Of a DNA stretch of 64,000 bases, positions 55,143 to 64,000 are shown piece after piece (position 1 is the stretch's first letter; every line of letters begins with the position of its first letter). Where the stretch lies: the NCBI GenBank assembly GCA_964016885.1, contig OZ024742.1:209064001-209128000 (forward strand). The letters run 5' to 3'. The notes under the pieces were generated by a model. That model saw only the letters and a list, made by a program, of their open reading frames with translations. It ran no database searches and was not told the DNA's origin. The position numbers were made by a program, and so were the translations under genes. Source of the DNA: Eledone cirrhosa (Eukaryota).

Positions 55143-55700
55143 TATATATATATATATAGAGAGAGAGAGATATAGAGAGAGAGAAGGGGGTGAGAGAGAG
55201 AAATAGATTGAGTGCTTCGTGGCCGGTGTCCAGCTATATTTAGCATTCCCCCCTGCCTTCCACTGTAGCAGTGCGTGCCACGTCGCCTAACCTGCAGCAC
55301 GTGTTTGACTCGTGTCTCAGATTTAATCATGGACAGTTGATGTCTTTAATATTTAGTTCATTATTAATTGATTAATTAATTGATTGATTGGTTTATTAAG
55401 ATGATTAAGGCTTTTATCTTATAGTAAATATCCATTTACTTATCTGTATTGCATTTCTTCAAGTTCAGAAGTAGCGGTTCTCTGGGTATGTATTAGAAAT
55501 ATGTATCGGTAATATAAAATAAGCAATATTCAATTGTTCTAACTGATATATATATTCTATACAAGACATCTAAATTGTTGTACCAGTGTCAATAACTCTT
55601 GTGAGTTCCCTCTGTTCGGAAAATGCAGCACCTATTCAATGGCGTTATTTGTCAGCATGTCGATATCTTTTTTTATGTACCGATAGTTTCATTACCATTG

Positions 55701-55764
<64 letters not shown>

Positions 55765-55767
<3 letters not shown>

Positions 55768-57995
55768 GTGCTGAACGACCATGAGCACGCAAATGAAACC
55801 GCAAACCCACCACGAAAAAGAACAACATTTTCACAGATAGTATAGACATGTTCCAACCGGATATCCTCCGGGATTGTCTTTTAAACACTGACTGTTGAAT
55901 CCCTTTGACCTCAAAGTTATCACAACCATCATAAACCAGTCTTCTCCAACCTGATCTACTGTCTGCCTCGTCTTTACAATCCTCAACACTAATACCAAGA
56001 ATATTCAAGATACATTTGAGAACATCACTTTAACGTTTTGGGGTTTATGACTGGGGCGTTTACCAAGAGTTAACCCTGCAATCCAAATGCGCTATCATAC
56101 CCGATCCACCTTAAATGCCTTTACCAACGCAGTTGGTTGATTTCGAATGAGTAGTGTTGATGGATGTATTGGTCCGCTGCAGAACAACGGTTTCAGATGT
56201 AAATGACTGTCACTTAATGTTCAAAATACGCCTTAGGCCTTTTTTGGTGGATTCTTTCCAATGTCTTGGCACGATGCCGATATCTGGTTCAAATCTCAGA
56301 AGATTTCAAGAGAACAGTTAAGACACAGGATTCTGAAACACATACGTGAGACTCTCGGCAAAGAAGATAGAGTACGGAGCTGGTTCTGGGATATCCCCTC
56401 GCTTAACTCCATTGTCGATGCTTATCGGTTCAGACAGAGAACCATTGAAGTTAAGCATCCCCTTCATACCTCAATCTAGTTGATTGAACAATATCACAAA
56501 ACCTTGAGAACATCCCACCTTACCAAGAACGGTCCACAGTGCATAAATATTTACGGAGTCAAATGCTTTGGTGTGGTCCACAAAAACATGGTACAAAGTC
56601 AAGCGATGTTCGAAACATATCTCCTGCAGCTGGTGAGACGAGATCATGTCCATTGTGACCCTAAGCGACCTAAAGCCACCTTGTATCTCCGGAATCACTC
56701 GAGGGCAGATCCACTTAGTAAGCCTATTAAGGAGAAGTGTTGTACAAATTTCCCCACTGCGTTTATTCCCCGATAGTTGCCGTACACTGATTTTGACCTC
56801 TTTCCCTTGATTGAACAAGGAAACACGGATCAAATCAATACAGTCATGAAGAGCAAGAGTACCCGACCAAATATCAAAAATTAAATGGTAAATCTCCACG
56901 CCAAATTTGTCATACCCATGAAACCAGACCTCGGCAAGAATACCATAAGTACCTTCACAGTCTTCATCTCCCATACCTCTGCCAGAGTAGGATGGCCTGA
57001 CATCTCAGGAATTGTATCTAATTGAGGCACATTATTAATAGCATCTGGCGGTGGATTGGCAGTATCGGTAGAGGGTTGGACGGCATGCTATCCAGCATAG
57101 TTACGTCCCTTTACGATCTGAGTTCAAATCCCGCCGAGGTTGACTTTGCCTTTCATCCTTACGAGGTCGATAAAATAAAGTACCAGTAATGCACTGGGTA
57201 ATTGCTGGCCTTGTGCCTAAAGTAGAAACAATTATTAATAGCATCTGCGTTAAACTCCGAGTGGTTATGAAAGAAACTAGTAAAATGCTCGCGCCAACGT
57301 TCCGTTTTAAAAACAGAGTACTTGGAAAGGACAGACCCGTCCTTGGACGTGAATGGTACCGAGGACGAGGAGTGAGGGGCAAACGTCTTGATTGAACAGG
57401 TGATACTATGTGTTGGAATCCTTTCGTTCGTAGGTTCAAATTCAGTTCAGAGTTGAAGAATGTGCGGTCCTTGCCATTCATGCTTCCAAGACCGTACTTC
57501 CCAAATGCTTCCCAAGTATCGTGATGCCTACCAATCCTGCGGTTAAAATCTCCAAGGAGAAGAATCGTATCTGCTTTTGGGAGTTTGCCAATGGCATATT
57601 GAAGATCTTGATAGAATGCCATTATGGATTCCTCTCTGGAGACTGTTGGAGCATAAACGGAAATATAGTCAAAAACGTGCGGTAAGGTAACTCTGAGAAC
57701 AATGATTCTGTCACTAACACCATTGGGTTGCTCCAGATGACTGGTTACCTCACTTTGAATTGCAAAGGCTACACGTCACCCATGTTTCTTTGCTTTAGGC
57801 TTGGATTTTCAGAAAAAGGTGTAACCAACTCAGGAGTTTGTCAACTCATACTCCCTACTCGGATGTGTTTCAGCGAGTGCAGCTATGTCAATACCATAGC
57901 GAGCCAATTCTTTTGCTATCAAGCCAGTTCGACGTTCAGGGTTACTAGACACTCAGCAGTCAAAAAGTGTCCTTATTTTCCAAATACCGACAGTC
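55765..57995 (-). mobile_element. Decayed RTE-clade LINE (APE endonuclease and RT), with SINE insertion
   Basis: VYAPT, FYQDLQ..., ILLLGDFN.RIG, GKYGLG.MN (APE); PEIQGGFRS.R.TMDMI, VFVDHTKAFDSVN (RT); RSGWRRLV C-terminus. Confidence 0.88.
57047..57230 (+). mobile_element. Full-length young SINE family 1 with 17-bp TSD
   Basis: ATTATTAATAGCATCTG at 57031-57047 and 57231-57247. Confidence 0.95.
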
Positions 57996-59084
57996 ATTAT
58001 GTACTTTTTGCTATAGTGTCTCTCAGTTTTTGCTCTACTATTATGAACCACCGAATGTATGTTTGTAAGTATGTATGAATGTATGTATACATATATATAT
58101 TTGTATATATACATACACATATGTATATATGTGTGTGTGCGCGCGCGTGTGTGTGTGTTTGTTTGTATGTGTATGCATACATATATGTATGTATATATGT
58201 ATGTATATATGTATATATATATATATGTGTGTGTGTGCAGTTGAGTTTATGCGTGTGTGTGTATGTGCGTGTATGTGTTTGTGTGTGTGTTATGTGTACA
58301 TTTCCAAGTTCTACGTACTCAGATGCAACTGTCGAACTGTATTTATGAGACATATGTTTAAGTAAATTTGACAGAAACAGCGGAATCATTGTAGTGTCTT
58401 AAATAAAATATATAATTATATATCGTCTCAGCTTGCAAGAGGTTTCCTTCTCTATTTCCATCTCTCTATATATATATCTCGAAAGTAACTTAAGCATTGA
58501 TTCACAGTACGTCAGTACGGCTCACGTAAAAAAAAAATCCTTTCCAAAGGAGTTCTTTGACATTTTGCCAATAAAGCAAAATTCCAAAAAAGATGGAATC
58601 ACTATAGAAAAATTCTGTCAAATGGCTTTGACACGAGGCTGCAACGAAATGTTGAATTGTATACATAGAAACATTGCAACGCGTGATGCTGTTCTTGTAA
58701 TTGTTGTTGCTGCTACTGTTGTTTTTGTTGTCATTGTAATAGTGAAACCCTAAGTTTATCTGTCATCGTGCAGAAAGCAATGATCAACAGTAAAACAGCT
58801 CTGATTATCCTAGGTTTTTGTCAATTATAATATATCTATAACAATGTGTTCATTTTAACACAATTATATTTATCTGCTATTTCTAGAAGTTCTTTCTAAC
58901 ATATATGGTTTGGTATGGACCCGCAACTCCTGAAAGAATCGTAGGCGCACCATACTGACATAAGCGTTTCTTGGGACATTTTAAAACCTGTTGGAGTCCA
59001 TCGTATCTCCAGGCCTGAGTACAGCACACGTCTTCCAGAGAAGGATAGAGAGTGAGAGAGAGAGGAAGAGATATAGAGGAAGAA

Positions 59085-59215
59085 TTGACCTCAGTTATAA
59101 AATGGATCAAATCGAAGTTGACCTCGGCGGGATTTGAACTGAGAGAGCAAACAGCCGGAACGATTGCCGCAAAGCCCTCACCGACGTTCTAATAACATTG
59201 CCAATTTGCCGCCTT
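59085..59215 (-). mobile_element. Diverged SINE family 1-related 5' part
   Basis: Reverse complement: GGCGGCAAATTGGCAATG...CAGTTCAAATCCCGCCGAGGTCAACTT. Confidence 0.7.
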
Positions 59216-60977
59216 ACCACACATATACGCTCCTTTTATATGACAGCCACATAGTTAAGTCGAAGTGAGTAAATTTTGGATGTGTGTGTTATCCTATAGG
59301 TTAAAAGGTCAACGGTTTTTTTTTCATCTATCCTTCAGATATCTGAAGTAAATAATTTTCGCCTAAAATTGTATCTCCCCCGGAAAATCATTCTAATGAT
59401 TAATTCCATATATTACCCTGAAACAATTTTACTAAAATATGCTGACATCGCCCAACTCTGAATCTCCTCCGGAAGGTTTTTTAACTAAGTTTTTTTTTCC
59501 ATATATTAACATGCAACAATTTTAATAGAATACACTAACCTCACCCAGTTGTTGCGGATATCCCAATCTAAACTGTTACTAGGCACAGGCTTTTCTCCAA
59601 ATGCTAACATCGAAATTAAAACATCCTTTTACGATTCAGATTTTCTACGTTCATGCACGCCCCACTTAAAAGATAGAAAATCACCTGCTGTCTCACATCC
59701 TGCCACCGCATATATTTATTTCTTACCCCCAAATCGTCTCTAAAATGTTTGCAAAATTATTTCATTCCTCTTCCAAGCGTTGTCTCTTGTGAACGCCCAT
59801 CCTGTGCATTAATTTCTCTGAATGATTAACTTCCAGCTATTCCGGTGAAATATCAACCACTCAAATTCCATCCAACCATACATAATATTTCTCTATCTCA
59901 ATGATCGTTTGACATGTTATAGACATGTGAGTTTTTTAAGTCTGTATATTTACCATTCTTAGATTTTATTATACTAACCTTTTGATATTTGACAAGCTGT
60001 TAACTTGTGTTTCTACATGTAAATATATATATATATGTAGGTATTCTTTAATCGCGCGTACATAGAAGCACATATGCATACACGTGGACACGCACACACA
60101 TATATATATAGGTATATCATTCTAGTGATGATGCAGATAATAAAGGCATGTGAAAGAGAATGAAAATTGAATAACCAGCCGATGTACAAGCAATACACAC
60201 ACATATATATATATATGTGTGTATGTGTGTCAGTCTGGATGCGTGTCTATGTGTGCGTGTGTGTGAGTGCGTGTGTCTGTGTGTGTGTGAAGGCATATTT
60301 GATAAAAACATATGTCTCGCTTTGGCTCTTTTAAACTGTGATCGGATCAGAGATAACTCATCTGCGTGAAAACGCCTGACGCTAGGGTTTCGGAATATTT
60401 ATTCCTCAATACTCGGTACCGAGATTAGAATAGGCTATAGCTTATATACATTTTGTGCATAAATTATCCGGTGGAAAAGTTCATTTGCTAAAAGTGCGTG
60501 TTTGACTTGGTTGGGATTAATTAGCAATAGGACTGAGATAGTGTTATTCACAATAAAAGTGTGTTGGAAAGCAAGAAGGAGTGCGTTCTTTATACATACG
60601 CACCTAATTGTAGTTTATTTTACAACCAATGGTTTCATGAGCATACAAAGCTTGAAAATTACAACATATGGGTGTTAGTAATATCCTCGGGCGTATGTAC
60701 ATGGAAATGACTAGATTTTGAAAATGATCTCCTGAGAAAGGATAGGAAAACAGGAGAAAAAACATCAAAGGGTGGATGTATTGAACTCTGAGCCACGAGG
60801 ATGCAAAGCAGGCATTTGAACCAACCATACGAATATTATGAACAACGAAAGCTCTTCAGATTATAATAGATTGTTGTTTATCAACTGTATTACTCTAAAA
60901 TTGATTTCTATCATAGAAGTATATGGTATACATCTCTTCGGTGATAACTCTGGTAAAGTCAACTTCCACTGGTTTTA

Positions 60978-61508
60978 ATTTCTTCTTCTTCTTCTTCTTC
61001 TTCTTCTTCTTCTTCTTCTTCTTCTTCTTCTTCTGCTTCTTCTTCGCCTACTTATTCCTGAGAGGGTCGTGGGGCAGAGTCCTCAAACACTCCTTCCAGC
61101 GGGTCCTGTCAGAAGCAACCGATCCGGCTGGATCCCCAAGCGTGACCAGCCATACTCATGGATATTATACAACCATCATTTTCTGTTTCCCGTAAAATCT
61201 GTCCAACGATTCTTTCCTGAGACATTCTAACCACACGCCCATAGTATCGGAGCTGTGATCTCTCAATTCGGATAAGTAGCGGCTCTACCTCGAATGACAC
61301 TCTGATCTCTGAGTTACGCACTTTATGGAGTAACGTTACTCCAAAGACCCTTCAGAGGAATCACATTTCGGCCGCTTGTATTCGTGATCGTATTCTTTCA
61401 GTCATTACCCGAGATTCATGACCCTATGTAAGGGTTGGCACGAAAAGCAAATTGAACGGAGCGAGTTTGGTTTTACCGCCTACTTCCCTTCTTCTGATTA
61501 CTGAACCC
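60978..61508 (-). mobile_element. RTE-clade LINE 3' fragment with (GAA)n tail
   Basis: RIQAAEM.FL.RV.GVTL..KVRNSEIR..EVEPLLIRIERSQLRYYGRVVRM; (TTC)n at 60978-61045 on the plus strand. Confidence 0.88.
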
Positions 61509-61879
61509 TAAAAATACGTAATGCTGTATGCTGTTTTTGGGACGCAAACTACCTATACTTCCATGGAACTAAATATTATAAAGAAGATAGATACTTTGTG
61601 GTCCCGTGGTGATGATACGAACTGTCAATTATTCTACTAACTACTTGACGCTCAAAACTTTGATATGATTTTCTCTCAAATAAACGATATATCAAAAATG
61701 CAACAGGCTGGAAAATGCGGAAATGTTTCCGAATTTAAGCATGATAGCAGAAAAATAAAGGTTAGACATTTCACATGATCAATATGAAAACCATCTAACG
61801 AGAGAAGGAAAAGCACACAAAGTGACACCAAAAAAGAGTGAAAGTATACGAAAGAAAATGAGACATAGAGAATTAGAGT

Positions 61880-62420
61880 AGTTATTAAAGCGATGAGAGA
61901 TCCATCTGTTTATAACATCTTTCTGCCAAACTAGACACCAGACGAATCCATTCTGGTGCTAAAATATTTCAGTTTTACAAGCCATATATATTAGCTATAT
62001 TCTTCGTGATGGCTAGAAATTTATTGATTTTGTCTTTAACATAACCTATACGTTTATTACATTTTAGTCCAGTAAATTTCTTTCCAGGCAAAGACACGTA
62101 GTACCAAATGTTGCGTTTTACTTCCATTACAGCAAATATCACAAATGCACGTTTATTGTCTTTCACTAAGCAGTGAAAGAATTTACCGTACTGGAGAAAC
62201 TAAGTGGTATCTATGCAGCAAATGATGTCATCTGCTGTTCGTGTAGCAACATGAAAACCATCGCTGCTAAACTTGCATTTACATCTGTAAAGACAAAGAA
62301 AAGGCTTTAACCATGAACATTTTTCATAATTCTTTACACAAGTTTTGGGGTTTTCATTGCTACAATTAAACATGAATTTGTGGTTACTGCAAATACGATA
62401 GTTCCTCGCCTCAAAGTGTG
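61880..62420 (-). pseudogene. Possible highly decayed rve-type integrase core (Ginger/Gypsy-like)
   Basis: CVKNYEKCSWLKP...TRTADDIICCIDTT*FLQYGKFFHCLVKDNKRAFV...EVKRNIW aligns by eye with DHFSK..L.PL..KTA.EV....FL.FG.P..LQSDNGREFVN..I.EL...W. Confidence 0.35.
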
Positions 62421-63340
62421 TGTTAAGGTAAGTAGCCATGACGGATTCACATATTTGAAAATATACATTAAACATATATCTATTCACGTATGTAGATATA
62501 CATGAGGCCATAAATATCTATGAATGATGTCTCATGGGTGGATTCAGATAACTAGTTAATAATATAAATATACGTCTATTTACACTCACATCTCTCCTAC
62601 CTATTTCTTTATATATATATATAAATGTATTATAGGTATGCTTGTTAGCGTAGAAGACATAACTCCATGCTTTATGAATGTTATAAGAATAAATGTTTAT
62701 TTCTTATCTCCAATAAAAGATGTGTATTCACTCGGAAAATAAAGCGACAACTACTTATAAAGATATTTAGCACACACACACTACACACGCACACAAACAC
62801 ACAAATACACACACGCCCCCCACACACACGCACATACATACATGCATGAGGCGTCAGAAAAAGCAACCGTTAAATTGTGAACATAAAATGAAAAGCTAAG
62901 GGAATTCCAATGATTAAAAAAATGAGAATAAGTCAAAAATGTAAAACTACAAAATCCCACGTATAAAACAAGAAAATATAAGAAATCAGAAGCCATATAT
63001 TCATTGTACATAATAGTAATACTACTACGACAGCTTTTCAGAAAGTCGCAGTGAAACTTCATGCATACTAGAAAGGAAAAAAACTATTATCTGGTGAGAA
63101 GTAATCTTAAGAAGTGCTAACTTTTTATTAATGCCCTAACGCCTTACAGAAGGATATATTGAGATCCACCCAGGTGTGAAGGAAAATTAAACTGGATTTC
63201 TTTTTTCTCTCTTTTATTTCTTTGCGTCTTACATCATTTCAACTGACAAAAGGACTTGACCCTTAGCTATAGGCACGCACGAATACCACGCCATTCACAT
63301 TCTCTAGTAGGTTAACACACACACACAGATATATATATAC

Positions 63341-63531
63341 CTATAATAATATAAAGCTGAGTGTCGTGTGTATGTATTATGTATGTATCCTACACACTTC
63401 CCTATAGTTATTTAGCTTTACTCTCTCCGTCGCTCTTCCCTCTCTATAATAGATCATTCCCCCTCTCTGTAATTTAACTGCTTTACTCTCTCTGTCGCTC
63501 TTCACTCTCAAATATTATAAAGTTGAGCGTC

Positions 63532-63611
<80 letters not shown>

Positions 63612-63890
63612 ACCCTCTCTATAATTTAACTGCTTTACTCTCTGTCCCTTTTCACTCTCTATATGACACACTATTTTACTTTCCGTATCTACCTTCAATA
63701 AAATTATAAAGCTGAGCGTCGTGTGTATATATTATGTATGTATCCTACACACATCCCTATAGTTTCTTAGCTTTACTCTCTCCGTCGGTCTTCCCTCTCT
63801 CTATAATAGATCATTCACCCTCTCTATAATTTAACTGCTTTACTCTCTCTGTCGCTCTTCACTCGGTCACTCTTCCCTCTCTCTATAATC
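63341..63890 (+). repeat. Nested tandem duplication (~355-bp period), possibly a Helitron-type 5' end
   Basis: ATAAAGCTGAG.GTCGTGTGTAT...TTTAACTGCTTTACTCTCT at 63352-63500 is repeated at 63706-63860, with internal sub-repeats. Confidence 0.75.
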
Positions 63891-64000
63891 ACACACATAT
63901 CTACAGAGAGAGACAGAAAAACAGAGGGAGGGGAAATGAGAAAGATAGGCCGTTAGACAGAGAGATACAATTAAAGTGTTAGTTATTCAAGGAGAGAGAG

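Overview
This is eukaryotic, AT-rich, microsatellite-dense non-coding DNA (intron or intergenic), probably from a cephalopod such as Octopus; that is inferred from the recurring tRNA-derived SINE and the repeat content and is not verified. I find no convincing host exon, and almost all short ORFs in the track are microsatellite artefacts. The window is dominated by Penelope-like retroelements (PLEs; RT + GIY-YIG endonuclease): about a dozen insertions from several lineages. These include GLYRDD-type (probably Nematis-like), Neptune-like and Poseidon-like copies, plus a permuted EN-before-RT Naiad-type remnant that the ORF track misses. Most sit in (TA)n tracts, and many have long inverted pseudo-LTRs or fold-back ends. 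By eye I read roughly 20 hammerhead-ribozyme (HHR) motifs in these pLTRs, including minimal type I motifs with a palindromic stem III, motifs with a very long stem II, and a non-canonical CUUGA(G/A)AA-core variant. A ~180-aa coiled-coil-like ORF lies directly downstream of one HHR-bearing pLTR and is a candidate PLE accessory ORF or N-terminal domain. Also present are RTE and CR1-like LINE fragments, about 10 SINE copies, two decayed Tc1/mariner elements, possible Helitron ends and a decayed integrase. All folds and similarities were assessed by eye, without searches.
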